From Thermoprotei archaeon (GTDB taxonomy: Archaea > Thermoproteota > Thermoprotei > QMSL01): 64,000 nt of DNA. Below are positions 49,607 to 60,080 of the stretch, in pieces (position 1 is the first letter of the stretch; the number at the start of each line of letters is the position of its first letter). The DNA is taken from NCBI GenBank assembly GCA_003650925.1, contig QMSP01000007.1:475-64474 (forward strand), given 5' to 3'. A program made the position numbers and the translations under genes. Under the pieces are notes generated by a model, which was given only the letters and a program-made list of their open reading frames with translations, was not told where the DNA came from and ran no database searches.

Positions 49607-50022
49607 AGAACCTCTACAGGCACTCTGATGATGGCTGAGGATGATGTAGGAGCTACATATGCCGCATAACTCGCAAGTCCTTTCTCCACAGCCACTATAA
49701 GCCATATCTCCCCAGGGCACTCAAGCATTCTATGCATATCAACGCTCGAGGGCATTGGAGAGCCATTGGGGTGTGAATGATACATGCCAATATATGAGAG
49801 GCCCTGCTTTCTTGCCCTCATGATACATCCCATCCACTCATTAAGATCCATTAGGAAGTAGCCTTCCTCTCCTCTGCCCTGCATAAGCTTCTCTGCAAGG
49901 TTTACTCTATAGAGCATGCCATCAGTGTTACCAAGCAGAACTCCACATATCTCCCTTGGATAAGACCTCATGGCATCCTTGAGTATATCGTCAAGAATGT
50001 ATTCAGGTATTAGTAGCTTCAT
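49603..50022 (-). CDS. JAMM/MPN+ (M67) metalloprotease
   Basis: EICGVL and YHSHP....PS..D. Confidence 0.88.
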   Translation of the reverse strand: MKLLIPEYILDDILKDAMRSYPREICGVLLGNTDGMLYRVNLAEKLMQGRGEEGYFLMDLNEWMGCIMRARKQGLSYIGMYHSHPNGSPMPSSVDMHRMLECPGEIWLIVAVEKGLASYAAYVAPTSSSAIIRVPVEVL

Positions 50023-50714
50023 TGCCTCCTCTCCTTGAGCTCTTTCATGAGGTCTCTCCTTATGATTCTGCCTTTAGGCTCTACCTCACAGAATATCACA
50101 GCTTGAAATCTATAGACAAGAGTATCTTCATCTAGCCATGCATCAGGAGGAAGACCAGCTTTGATGCAGCACTCTGCAAGGAAAGTCTCAGCATCCCATC
50201 CATATTCGACAGCCACCTGAGGCAGTAGTAGTCCGCCATAGAAAGGAGGCCTTCTGACCATTAGTCCATCCCTTCCCACAACCACCTCCTCGACCCTATC
50301 CTTCGGCTTTTCAGTCCTTATAAGCTCAGGCTTAGATAGAACGCTAACCTCGAATATCACCTCATCTAGCTCACTGGGGATCATGGGCATGAACCTGGGG
50401 TCTCCAATGGCAGCCTCTATAGCCACATCCATCATAGCCTTGACAAGTGGATGTATTGGTTCGGGATAGCCAATACATCCTCTCAGCATCTTCGCCAGCT
50501 CAGTTCCTCTTCTGACAACCCTCTCTATGGTAACGAATACGCCTGCTTTCTTCCATAGCCTCTTCGGAACTTCCGAAGGAGGCTTGAGTCTCTCCCCTCT
50601 TACCAAGTAATGTTCCACAGTCCTCCTAGCTAGCTTTACCAGAAGTACACCATCATCATCTGTTAACTCCTCAAGCCTTAAGTACTCCTCCAACTTAAAC
50701 CCCGCTACTAACAT
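50019..50714 (-). CDS. AMMECR1-family protein
   Basis: GVFVT, LRGCIG, DPRF, EVSVL, GLLLPQV. Confidence 0.92.
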   Translation of the reverse strand: MLVAGFKLEEYLRLEELTDDDGVLLVKLARRTVEHYLVRGERLKPPSEVPKRLWKKAGVFVTIERVVRRGTELAKMLRGCIGYPEPIHPLVKAMMDVAIEAAIGDPRFMPMIPSELDEVIFEVSVLSKPELIRTEKPKDRVEEVVVGRDGLMVRRPPFYGGLLLPQVAVEYGWDAETFLAECCIKAGLPPDAWLDEDTLVYRFQAVIFCEVEPKGRIIRRDLMKELKERRQ

Positions 50715-50785
50715 GCCAAGTACCCAATTTAAATATAATTGCCTTATTCTAGCACGTAGAGATGTCGATTCGGCCTAGCCATTGC

Positions 50786-51229
50786 TCAACATCCAAAGCC
50801 GTGCTCGACTACTATGTGTATGAGAACGTCAGCATATCTCCTGGACTTAAATCCACATCTCAGACATACGTATCGCTTGACTCTATGCCAGCTGCCAGGT
50901 TGATATGGCTCTCTTACCTCCTTTATCCACTCCCTTCGGAAGTCCTCTCCATGCCTCAACTCCATGTGATTCTTGAAGTCAGAATCCATCTGAATAAGGG
51001 AAGGCCCACCTGGAGTGTCATGTCTTGCTATGCTCAACTCAAGCACCTCTCCACAGTAAGGACACTTGAGTCTTCCAACAATGAACTTCCTCTTAGTCTC
51101 GCGCTGTGAAAACACAACGAGCTCTCCTCTTCTGGTCACCTCGACTAGTCTGAAGAACTCAAGAACATTCTTTTCCTTGTCTAAGGTATTCAGCCTTATG
51201 GCCATGCTAAACCCTCCTTGACTGACCAC
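50786..51229 (-). CDS. Hypothetical protein with two C2H2-like Zn fingers
   Basis: CPYC..H....H and CLRC..H....H. Confidence 0.65.
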   Translation of the reverse strand: MVSQGGFSMAIRLNTLDKEKNVLEFFRLVEVTRRGELVVFSQRETKRKFIVGRLKCPYCGEVLELSIARHDTPGGPSLIQMDSDFKNHMELRHGEDFRREWIKEVREPYQPGSWHRVKRYVCLRCGFKSRRYADVLIHIVVEHGFGC

Positions 51230-51288
51230 ATCCTATCTAGTGAATGTGTTTTTAAGTTTGCCTATATGAATGCCCATGAATGACGGAA

Positions 51289-51342
51289 GGTCAGCTCGGA
51301 AGTTCCTCATCACTGCTCAGACCTGGCAGACTCCTCATTCCT
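51289..51342 (-). ncRNA. Box C/D guide sRNA
   Basis: ATGAGGA GTCTGCCAGGT CTGA gca GTGATGA GGAACTTCCGAG CTGA; TTATAT promoter upstream. Confidence 0.82.
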
Positions 51343-51491
51343 CATGATATCAGTAGCCTACACGACCATATAAGCATAGTCGAGCATGCAGAATAACTAT
51401 TTGATGAATTCAAGGAGAGTTCCATGCTCCTCTCATTATAGCTTATATACCTGGTAGTGCATATAGGAGCGATCGGTGCCACTATGCGCCA

Positions 51492-52835
51492 ATGGGCTTG
51501 AAGCATAGAGTTCGACTGCCCATTGACGAGATCCCAAGGAAGTGGTATAACATAGTTCCAGACCTTCCAGAGAAGCTTCCTCCTATGTTAGATCCCCTGA
51601 CTAAGAGGCCCATACCTAGAGAAGCTCTTGAAAGAATTTTCGTAAGAGAGCTTGTAAGACAAGAGTTTAGTGAGGAGCGCTTCATATCCATCCCTGACGA
51701 GGTTCTCGAGGCCTATATAAGAATGGGACGTCCAACTCCTCTCATTAGAGCAAGAAGGCTTGAGGAATATCTTAGAACCCCTGCCAAGATCTACTACAAA
51801 TTCGAGGGCGTCAGCCCTACTGGCAGTCATAAGGTTAATACTGCTATAGCTCAGGCATACTATGCGCATAAGGAAGGTGTGGAGAGGCTGGTTACGGAGA
51901 CTAGTGCTGGTCAGTGGGGATCAGCTCTAGCTCTAGCATGTGCTGTCTTCAACCTAAAGCTCACTGTATACATGACAAGGGCTAGCTACTATCAGAAGCC
52001 GTACAGGAGAGTTCTCATGCAATTATATGGAGCTGAGGTGTTACCCTCTCCAAGCAATAGGACCAAGTTTGGCAGATCAATACTCGAGAGGCATCCAGAG
52101 CATCCAGGCTCACTTGGAATAGCCATAAGCGAAGCCATAGAAGATGTAATGGAGAGCACGAATAGCCGATACAGCCTAGGCAGTGTTCTAAATCATGTAC
52201 TTCTCCATCAGACAATAATAGGGCTTGAGGCTAAGAAGCAAATGGAGCTTATTGATGAGAAACCAGATGTCATCATCGCATGTGTAGGAGGAGGAAGCAA
52301 CTTTGCCGGGCTGGCATATCCATTCATGAAAGATAGACTAGTACATGGGGAGTATATAGAGTTCATAGCTGCTGAACCCAAGGCTTGTCCAAGCCTGACC
52401 AAGGGAGAGTACAGATATGACTTTGGTGATACAGCTGGCTTAACCCCTCTCATCAAGATGTTCACCGTCGGACATAAATATCAGGTACCGCCTATACATG
52501 CCGCGGGCCTAAGATATCATGGAGCAGCTCCAACCTTAAGCCTCCTCCTCAAGAGAGGCTACATCAAGGCCATTGCCTATTATCAGAATGAAGTATTCCA
52601 AGCAGCATCTCTATTCACAAGAGTAGAAGGCATAGTTCCTGCTCCTGAGTCTGCTCATGCAGTGAAAGCCGCCATAGATATAGCACTCAAGGCCAAGGAG
52701 AAAGGTGAGGAGAAGGTCATTCTGTTCAACTTAAGCGGTCATGGGCTATTAGACCTCAAAGGATACGAGGAATTCCTTGAAGGCAAGCTTCCTGACTATG
52801 AGCCTGTGACAATAGACCTAAGCTATTTGCCTTAA
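51492..52835 (+). CDS. trpB2: Tryptophan synthase beta chain 2 (TrpB2)
   Basis: [43 protein letters not shown]. Confidence 0.93.
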   Translation: MGLKHRVRLPIDEIPRKWYNIVPDLPEKLPPMLDPLTKRPIPREALERIFVRELVRQEFSEERFISIPDEVLEAYIRMGRPTPLIRARRLEEYLRTPAKIYYKFEGVSPTGSHKVNTAIAQAYYAHKEGVERLVTETSAGQWGSALALACAVFNLKLTVYMTRASYYQKPYRRVLMQLYGAEVLPSPSNRTKFGRSILERHPEHPGSLGIAISEAIEDVMESTNSRYSLGSVLNHVLLHQTIIGLEAKKQMELIDEKPDVIIACVGGGSNFAGLAYPFMKDRLVHGEYIEFIAAEPKACPSLTKGEYRYDFGDTAGLTPLIKMFTVGHKYQVPPIHAAGLRYHGAAPTLSLLLKRGYIKAIAYYQNEVFQAASLFTRVEGIVPAPESAHAVKAAIDIALKAKEKGEEKVILFNLSGHGLLDLKGYEEFLEGKLPDYEPVTIDLSYLP

Positions 52836-52902
52836 TCAGTAGTCCTGAATATGCTCTCTTTACTTTTTCACTATTCTGAACTCGTCATGTTAATCACTTG
52901 AA

Positions 52903-52971
52903 GAATATGGCCGGGAGTAGACACCGCTACTCACAGTGCCCACTTCGGGGCTCTCGTAGCGGCGAGGAGCT
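52903..52971 (-). ncRNA. H/ACA-type (AUA box) guide sRNA
   Basis: CCGCTAC-GA-gagccc cgaagt gggcac-TGT-GA-GTAGCGG K-turn hairpin, 15 nt, then ATA; TTATATA promoter about 25 nt upstream. Confidence 0.65.
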
Positions 52972-53066
52972 ATTTATGAAAACGAAATAAGTATATATAA
53001 GTCTAACCTCAGTTCATGAACGCTTGTAATATTAAGCAGAAACTATACTCTACAAATTGAGGGATA

Positions 53067-54608
53067 ATGAGAGGGAAAGAGCTAGTAGTAGTGATTGACT
53101 TCGGGAGTCAATATACTCATCTTATAGCCAGGAGGGTTCGTGAACTCGGCGTATACTCAGAGGTGCTGCCATATCACGTAGATATCGAATACTTAGAGAA
53201 GCTGAAACCCAGAGGTATCATACTATCAGGAGGGCCCAGAAGTGTGTTTGAGGAAGGAGCTCCAAGAGTAGATTCAAGGATCCTTGAGCTCAATATCCCT
53301 GTACTAGGCATATGCTATGGACATCAACTCCTAGCACTCATGCTAGGAGGTGAAGTTAGGAAAGGGGAGCGAGGCGAGTACGGAAAGGCTCTTCTAAGGA
53401 TTCTTAAAAAGGATATAATATTCAGAGGACTTGATGAAGAGGAGATAGTATGGATGAGTCATAGAGACCTTGTAGTTAAGCTACCCTCTAATGTCGAGGT
53501 GTTAGCTTCCACTGAAGTAACTAGGATAGCTGCCTTTAGGCATAAAGAGAAGCCCATCTATGGCCTACAGTTCCATCCTGAGGTATCACACACGCCTAGG
53601 GGCAAGCTAGTGCTTAGAAACTTCCTCTATGAGATCTGTAGATGTAAAGGGACTTGGAATCCCGTCTCACTAATTGATGACATTGTGAATGATATAAAGG
53701 AGAAGGTCAAGCCTGATGAAAAGGTGTTATGCGCAGTCAGCGGGGGCGTTGACTCCGTAACCACTGCTATTCTAGTCCACAAGGCTGTAGGAGATAGGCT
53801 CATAGTCGTGTTCGTCAATCATGGATTTCTAAGAAAGAATGAGCCTGAACAGGTCTTGAAATTCCTTAAGGGGATGGGCATTAACGTGATATATGTGGAT
53901 GCCAGCGAGAGGTTCATGAGACGACTTAGAGGAGTTAAGGACCCTGAAGAGAAAAGGAAGATTATTGGTGAAGAGTTCATCAAGATATTCGAGGAAATAG
54001 CTGATAAGCTGAAGGGCGTCAAGTGGCTAGCTCAGGGCACAATATACCCAGATAGAATTGAAAGTGGTGCTGTAGGAGCTAGACCTGCTAGGATAAAGAG
54101 TCACCACAATGTTGCTGGTCTCCCCCAGAGGATGAAGCTTAAACTCCTGGAGCCACTTAGGGACTTCTACAAGGATGAGGTAAGAGCTATAGCTAGAAGG
54201 CTGGGAGTGCCTGAGGAGATCGTGACTCGTCATCCCTTCCCAGGTCCTGGTCTTGCAATACGAATAATAGGTGAAATAACGCCTGAGAAGCTAAGGATAG
54301 TGAGAGAGGCAAGCGCTATAGTGGAGGAGGAGCTTCGCAAAGCAAACCTCTATGATAAGGTATGGCAAGCCTTCGCTGTGGTGGGCGATGATAAGTGGGT
54401 AGGAGTGATGGGTGATGAGAGAAAACTAGGCTATATAGTCACTGTGAGAATAGTTGAAAGCATAGAGGCCATGACAGCTGACTGGGTCAGGATCCCATAT
54501 GAGGTCCTAGAGAGAATAAGCAATAGGATAACCAGTGAAGTTGATGGTGTAACCATGGTGACCTATGCTATAACTTCCAAGCCTCCAAGCACCATAGAAC
54601 CATGCTGA
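53067..54608 (+). CDS. guaA: GMP synthase (fused GATase + synthase)
   Basis: DFGSQY, GICYG, QFHPE, SGGVDS, IKSHHNV, HPFPGPGL, KPPSTIE. Confidence 0.96.
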   Translation: MRGKELVVVIDFGSQYTHLIARRVRELGVYSEVLPYHVDIEYLEKLKPRGIILSGGPRSVFEEGAPRVDSRILELNIPVLGICYGHQLLALMLGGEVRKGERGEYGKALLRILKKDIIFRGLDEEEIVWMSHRDLVVKLPSNVEVLASTEVTRIAAFRHKEKPIYGLQFHPEVSHTPRGKLVLRNFLYEICRCKGTWNPVSLIDDIVNDIKEKVKPDEKVLCAVSGGVDSVTTAILVHKAVGDRLIVVFVNHGFLRKNEPEQVLKFLKGMGINVIYVDASERFMRRLRGVKDPEEKRKIIGEEFIKIFEEIADKLKGVKWLAQGTIYPDRIESGAVGARPARIKSHHNVAGLPQRMKLKLLEPLRDFYKDEVRAIARRLGVPEEIVTRHPFPGPGLAIRIIGEITPEKLRIVREASAIVEEELRKANLYDKVWQAFAVVGDDKWVGVMGDERKLGYIVTVRIVESIEAMTADWVRIPYEVLERISNRITSEVDGVTMVTYAITSKPPSTIEPC

Positions 54609-54653
54609 CCTCAAGAGGTAAAGCCTATATATCACCTAACATTCGAGATGAAT

Positions 54654-54723
54654 GAGCCCCGCGCCTCGCCGACAGGGCCGTATGGCCTTGGAGGAAGCGA
54701 GGGTTCCTCGCTCCCCCACAAAG
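54654..54723 (+). ncRNA. H/ACA guide sRNA
   Basis: GAGC/GCTC lower stem, pocket, CCTCGC/GCGAGG upper stem, K-turn (GA/GA, GAG bulge, CAGGGCC/GGCCTTG), ACA 15 nt after the upper stem; TATATA at 54626-54631. Confidence 0.78.
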
Positions 54724-54738
54724 CTCCTTCTTGACGAT

Positions 54739-56040
54739 CTATGGATAGATGCGCCTGATATCCCTTGGGAAGGGCACTGCTTCCCTTATATGACTAAGGC
54801 CACATATCCACATGACCAGCCTGTCTACACCTAGTCCAAAGCCACTATGAGGCACGCTTCCATACCTTCTCAGGTCTATATACCACTCGTAATCCTTTGG
54901 GTCAAGACCAAACCTCCTTATCTTTTCTATGAGCTCATCAGCCTTCTCTATCCTCTCTCCTCCTCCTATTATCTCTCCATATCCCTCAGGCGCTAGGAGG
55001 TCGGCTGAGAGTGTAATTTCTGGCCTTTTTGGATCATTTTTATGGTAGAAGGCCTTGCATTGTTCAGGAAAGCCTATTATGAAGACCGGCTTATCAAACT
55101 CCATGGTTAGAGCTCGCTCCTCATCAGCTCCAAGATCCTCTCCCCACTTGAGGTAAAAGCCTTTGTCGTGAAGTATCTCAAGAGCTTCATCGTAGGTAAG
55201 CCTATAGAATGGTGCTCTTATGTTCTCAAGCCTTGAGATGTCCCTTTTCAGCACCTTCAGCTCATCCACTCTCTCCTCAAGTACTCTGTTGACTATGTAT
55301 GATATGAGCTCCTCCTCAACGTGCAATATATCATTCAGGTGTGTCCATGCTTCCTCAGCTTCTGCGTGCCAGAACTCAGTCAGATGCCTTCTTGTTCGGG
55401 ACTTCTCAGCTCTGAAGGAGGGAGCTATGGTGTAGACCTTCTCTAGAGAGTATATCAGAGCCTCTAGATAGAACTGAGAGGACTGCGTTAGGTAGACATC
55501 CCTCCTTCCGAAATAGTCGACTGTAAACAGAGTAGCTCCTCCCTCTACGGCTGCTGTTATGAACATCGGACATTGTACCTCGTAGTATCCTTTGCTTCTG
55601 AAGAACTCATGAATGGATTTGAAGACTGTATCCCTTACCTTGAGTACTGCCTGCATTCTCCTACTCCTTAGCCATAAATGCCTAACGTCAAGAAGATACT
55701 CTGAGTCAACGGCCACTGCTGACTCCCTTATAGGGAAGGGCTCTGCCAGCCCTACGATCTTTAGCTCATCTACGTGAATCTCAATACCCTCAGGTGCTCT
55801 TGGATCCTTCTTAACCACGCCTGTAAGCTCAAGGGAGGACTCAAGAGTTATCTCCTCAGCTTTCTTTAGATGAGGCTTGGACAGGTCCACTACACACTGA
55901 ATAATCCCTGAGGAGTCCCTTAGGACCAAGAACACTTTGCCTTTCAGAAATCTTATTCTATGAACCCATCCTCTCAGCCTAACCTTAGATCCCTCTTCTA
56001 TCTTTCCTCTCAGGACATCCTTTATGTGAAGGAATTCAAT
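54739..56040 (-). CDS. asnS: Asparaginyl-tRNA synthetase, probable ATT start
   Basis: LTQSSQFYLE, FRAEKSRTRRHLTEFW, YGSVPHSGFGLG; the frame extends 35 codons upstream of 55935 through KVRLRGWVHR. Confidence 0.93.
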   Translation of the reverse strand: MEFLHIKDVLRGKIEEGSKVRLRGWVHRIRFLKGKVFLVLRDSSGIIQCVVDLSKPHLKKAEEITLESSLELTGVVKKDPRAPEGIEIHVDELKIVGLAEPFPIRESAVAVDSEYLLDVRHLWLRSRRMQAVLKVRDTVFKSIHEFFRSKGYYEVQCPMFITAAVEGGATLFTVDYFGRRDVYLTQSSQFYLEALIYSLEKVYTIAPSFRAEKSRTRRHLTEFWHAEAEEAWTHLNDILHVEEELISYIVNRVLEERVDELKVLKRDISRLENIRAPFYRLTYDEALEILHDKGFYLKWGEDLGADEERALTMEFDKPVFIIGFPEQCKAFYHKNDPKRPEITLSADLLAPEGYGEIIGGGERIEKADELIEKIRRFGLDPKDYEWYIDLRRYGSVPHSGFGLGVDRLVMWICGLSHIREAVPFPRDIRRIYP

Positions 56041-56099
56041 CGCAGACCCCTATCATTACACTAATAGTGGAGATTATAAGCCTTATCCAAAAGAACGAA

Positions 56100-57281
56100 C
56101 TACATGGGATAGAGTAGTCTAGATACGAATAATCCAAGGACCATACAGAGCGTGGCTACAACGTCTGCAATAGAGCTCTCAAGAGGATTCACGAAGTTAT
56201 CAGGGTCAAGGCCGTGCTTGAAGGTCAGTATAGCTATAGAGTATGAGATTATGGCCATTACTGGAAATCCTGCTAGAGCTGCGACAATGGGTGAAAGTAG
56301 AAGGCTCACTCCCTTCCTATGGCTTGTCGTGATAATGGTTATTAGGCCAAGTATTAAGTGAAGAAGCAAAAAGGCCAGGTACATAGCTAGCCCCTCGAGT
56401 TTAAGTCTGGTGAGCTCGCTAAGGCTGGGCTCTATGGTGCCCAAGGTAAGTCTTGTTGTGGCCATAGATCCAAAGGCTGAGCCTACGTCACCTAGGGCAT
56501 CAATTAGGACTGGATAGATCATCAACATGCCACTGCGAATTACACGCTCCTTAAAGTGAACTAGAGCTGAGCCTGCCATGCTCTCTAGAGATATGGCCAT
56601 GAGTACTGCAATGAACATCTCCTTCAATTCGCTTAGGTAGTTTCTCACAAGGTCTTTCAGCCTATGTAGAGCAAACAGAGAGGCCATGATTCCTAAGGTC
56701 ATCACAACCAAGGGGCTAGCAAGGTATAGGGCTATGACCACTATGTAAAGCGCCGTCGCGAAGATGTCAGAGAGCGTTGACATTATGGGATAAAGAACAG
56801 CATCGGGATCATGGCCCCTCCTGAATAGAAATGAGCCCAAGGCTATGCTCAAAGGAGCGAGTACGCTTGTGGCCAAAAACATCACTGATATTGCTAAGGT
56901 TAGAGAATCAGCTAGTAGGCTTAAAGCTGACCCTGTCACAAGCCACCCCACCAAGCCTATTATCATGCCACCAGTGACTGACAGAAGGAGGGCTGCCTCT
57001 ATGATAACCCTCCTTAGAAAGATGCCTTCTTGCCCCTCCAGAATTCCTAAGTGAAGGGAAGTGCTTATCTTACCACATATCATTCCATTTATGGCTCCTC
57101 TAACGCCTAAAATGGCAGGGTATATACACATAATCCAAGGATATCTTGTGAAAGCTTCTTCTCCCCTTATCAGTATTATGCCGGCTACTATGCCAATCAG
57201 ATCAATGGTAAGGGCCGTGAATATATCTCTAAAGACATCATGAAAGGTACCCCTCTTTATCACTTTAGCACCTATGTGCAA
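56100..57281 (-). CDS. MgtE-family divalent cation transporter (duplicated membrane domain)
   Basis: STSLHLG, DPDAVLYPIMSTLSD, GLDPDNFVNP..SSIAD. Confidence 0.85.
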   Translation of the reverse strand: MHIGAKVIKRGTFHDVFRDIFTALTIDLIGIVAGIILIRGEEAFTRYPWIMCIYPAILGVRGAINGMICGKISTSLHLGILEGQEGIFLRRVIIEAALLLSVTGGMIIGLVGWLVTGSALSLLADSLTLAISVMFLATSVLAPLSIALGSFLFRRGHDPDAVLYPIMSTLSDIFATALYIVVIALYLASPLVVMTLGIMASLFALHRLKDLVRNYLSELKEMFIAVLMAISLESMAGSALVHFKERVIRSGMLMIYPVLIDALGDVGSAFGSMATTRLTLGTIEPSLSELTRLKLEGLAMYLAFLLLHLILGLITIITTSHRKGVSLLLSPIVAALAGFPVMAIISYSIAILTFKHGLDPDNFVNPLESSIADVVATLCMVLGLFVSRLLYPM

Positions 57282-57324
57282 TGTAGCAGAGGGGTATAAG
57301 AGCTATCTTGAAGCTCTTGGCTCT

Positions 57325-58431
57325 TTAGAGTATGGCTTTCTCTGTCTTCTTATCGAAGAAGTGTATTCTGTTATAGTCGAGAGTTAGCCATATCTCTTGC
57401 CCTATTCTAAGGTCTACTTCCCTAGGACCTTCAACCTTCACTATGAGCTCAGGCCCAAGCTCTACGTTGACTATGGTTCTTGTGCCTAGAGGCTCTAGAA
57501 CGTATATTCTCCCCCTTATGCCCTCTGGTACCTTCTCCAAGCTTATCCTCATGTCCTCAGGCCTTACGCCTAGTATTACCTCTTCGCTAGGGGCTTGTCC
57601 TCTTAATATCTCCTCTATGTCTGAGGGCAGTGGGATCTTGAAGTATTTTGCATCAAAGAATAGCTTGCCCTCGATCTCTCTCAAAACACCCTCTACGAAG
57701 TTCATGGGTGGACTGCCTATGAAGCCAGCTACGAAGAGATTAGCTGGCTTGTTGTATAGCTCATTTGGAGTACCTACCTGTTGAAGCCTGCCAATATTCA
57801 TAACAGCTATTCTATCGGCCATGGTCATGGCCTCTACTTGGTCATGTGTTACATAAATGGTAGTGACCTCCAGTTCTCTTTGTAGTCTTTTCAGATATGC
57901 CCTTGCCATGACCCTTAACTTGGCATCTAGGTTGCTTAGGGGCTCATCCATGAGGAACACTTTGGGCCTTCTCACTATAGCTCTAGCTAGAGCTACTCGC
58001 TGCCTCTCACCACCTGAGAGCTCTGCTGGCTTTCTGTCTAATAGATGCTCTATGTGAAGCATCTTCGCTACTTCCTTAACTCTCCTCTCTATTTCACGTT
58101 TCGGCATCTTCCTCAACTTAAGTGGGAAGGCTATATTGTCGAACACTTTCATGTGTGGATAGAGAGCATAGCTCTGAAATACCATGGCTACATCTCTGTC
58201 CTTTGGAGGTATGTCATTAACTAGCTCCCCACCTATGTAGATCTCTCCCTTGGTGGGGACTTCAAGGCCTGCTATAAGCCTAAGCGTAGTAGTCTTTCCA
58301 CATCCTGAAGGGCCTAAGAGAACGAAGAACTCCTTATCCTTTATGTCTAGAGTGAGATCATCAACGGCAACAACTGCTCTTTTACCACTTCTGAAGACCT
58401 TAGTCACGTGGACTAGTCTAACATCAGCCAT
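57325..58431 (-). CDS. MalK-type sugar ABC transporter ATPase
   Basis: GPSGCGKT, VFQSYALYPH, LSGGERQR, DEPLSNLDAKLR, FIGSPPMN. Confidence 0.93.
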   Translation of the reverse strand: MADVRLVHVTKVFRSGKRAVVAVDDLTLDIKDKEFFVLLGPSGCGKTTTLRLIAGLEVPTKGEIYIGGELVNDIPPKDRDVAMVFQSYALYPHMKVFDNIAFPLKLRKMPKREIERRVKEVAKMLHIEHLLDRKPAELSGGERQRVALARAIVRRPKVFLMDEPLSNLDAKLRVMARAYLKRLQRELEVTTIYVTHDQVEAMTMADRIAVMNIGRLQQVGTPNELYNKPANLFVAGFIGSPPMNFVEGVLREIEGKLFFDAKYFKIPLPSDIEEILRGQAPSEEVILGVRPEDMRISLEKVPEGIRGRIYVLEPLGTRTIVNVELGPELIVKVEGPREVDLRIGQEIWLTLDYNRIHFFDKKTEKAIL

Positions 58432-58488
58432 ATTCTAGGCCTCCACTCTATGATGATTTCCTTCAATAGCGCTTATAAACCTTGTCTC

Positions 58489-58557
58489 TGATGTTACTTC
58501 GTGGGCTCTGCTCATGGGAGATAAAGGTCTCTCTCCTCCATGAACTCTATTGCTGGC
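58489..58557 (-). ncRNA. Possible H/ACA-type sRNA
   Basis: GTTCATGG/CCATGAGC stem, 15 nt, then ACA; TTATAA upstream; no clear K-turn. Confidence 0.35.
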
Positions 58558-58610
58558 CTGGATTAGTCGTCTGCTGAATCGTTATAAGGCCAAGCACTAT
58601 AATAGAGACT

Positions 58611-59945
58611 GTGGTGAACAGCATGTCTGAGGAAATAGTCTATCGTCGTTACAAGCCAGGGGATGAGAGTGGAATAGTCGAGGTGATGAATGCCTGCTTT
58701 GACACCTTCAGAGGCTATGGACTTAATACCGAGGTATGGCTTGACTATGATAGGAGAGACCCTGGATTCAAGAAGGAAGAAGCTCTGGTGGCTGAGCATA
58801 AGGGGCGAATAGTGGGCCATGTGCAATTAGTGTTCAGGGAGATTAAGTTAGGCAGGAAGACCTTCATCACGACAGGTGGAATAGCTAATGTATCAACACA
58901 TCCTGACTATAGAGGCAAAGGCATAGCTACCAAGCTCATGAAAATGGCTCTTGATAGATGTAAGGAGCTCAAGATACCTTTGTCCAGCCTCTTCACAGGT
59001 TATGGATATGTTGCTCATAGAATATATCGCAGACTAGGCTACGCTGACACATTGTTCATGACCAGGTATTTGGCTGAGGATGAAGAAGTTGAAAGGACGC
59101 TAGAGATGCTGCCTGAAGACCCTAGTGTTAGAGTCAGAGAGTACAGAGAAGGCGATGAGGAGGGGATGCTAAAGGTCTATGAGCAGCACATAGAAGAGTA
59201 CACAGGAGCCATTAGAAGAGACCTGACCTACTGGAAGAACAAACTGATAGACATAGTTTGTTATCATGGATTCTTTGCTGAGAACCTTGGAGAGGCTGCC
59301 AGGGTACTGATAGCTGAAAAGAATGGAAAAGTGACTGGCTATGCATACTTCTTCATATGGTCAAAGGCTAGAAAGCCCATAATATTCTCAAAGGAAATGG
59401 GAATCTTGACCGAACTCGTAGCCTCCGACATAAAAACGCTGGCCTCACTAGCTAAGGAGGCCTTAAAGCGGATGAGAGAGGAGAAGGTAAAGACCTTCGC
59501 GAGCCTAGTTCCGCCATATCCTCCCTACAGCGACCTCTTCCGCGAGTTTCAGCTATTTCGAGAAACTGGAATCTACATGGACGCAGTAGTAGACCAATCT
59601 CTCCTCTTCGACATGCTATGCAAGGAGTTCTCCGCCAGACTAGAGGAAGCAGGCATAAGGTCTGAATTTAGATTCCTTGTAGAGAGTCCCTATGGTAGAA
59701 CACTCCTTGAAGTCAAGGAACATGAAGTGAGGGTGAGTGAAGGAAAAGCTGATGTGGAGCTAAGGTTTGTCGACATGCACTCTTTCGTTAGAATGCTCTA
59801 TGGCATAGAGGGCTTTGCAGACCTTCTCCTCAAAGGGAAAATCGATGTAAGACGCTCAGATGTCAAATTCCAGACGCTATTAAACACCATGAACGCGCTC
59901 TTCCCAAGGATGAAGTGGTTCATATGGCCTGCCGACCACTGGTGA
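58611..59945 (+). CDS. Eis-like tandem GNAT acetyltransferase with SCP2-like tail
   Basis: GIANVSTHPDYRGKGIA, IYRRLGY, second GNAT repeat. Confidence 0.85.
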   Translation: MVNSMSEEIVYRRYKPGDESGIVEVMNACFDTFRGYGLNTEVWLDYDRRDPGFKKEEALVAEHKGRIVGHVQLVFREIKLGRKTFITTGGIANVSTHPDYRGKGIATKLMKMALDRCKELKIPLSSLFTGYGYVAHRIYRRLGYADTLFMTRYLAEDEEVERTLEMLPEDPSVRVREYREGDEEGMLKVYEQHIEEYTGAIRRDLTYWKNKLIDIVCYHGFFAENLGEAARVLIAEKNGKVTGYAYFFIWSKARKPIIFSKEMGILTELVASDIKTLASLAKEALKRMREEKVKTFASLVPPYPPYSDLFREFQLFRETGIYMDAVVDQSLLFDMLCKEFSARLEEAGIRSEFRFLVESPYGRTLLEVKEHEVRVSEGKADVELRFVDMHSFVRMLYGIEGFADLLLKGKIDVRRSDVKFQTLLNTMNALFPRMKWFIWPADHW

Positions 59946-60080
59946 TGTCAGCAGCTTAGCCGCCCTTCTTAACACAATTCTAAAATCTTTATACTAAGTG
60001 GTAAACAGGCTTTTTCCTTTGAAAAAGTAGGTTTAAAATAAGTGAAAAGCTTTTTATTCCCTCTGGACATAATTTCAAAT

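Noticed and set aside
51382-51429. GAGCATG/CATGCTC inverted repeat upstream of trpB2
   Set aside because: Weak interior pairing and no box motifs in register
54652-54834. 60-aa ORF
   Set aside because: Overlaps the H/ACA hairpin and runs antisense to the asnS 3' end
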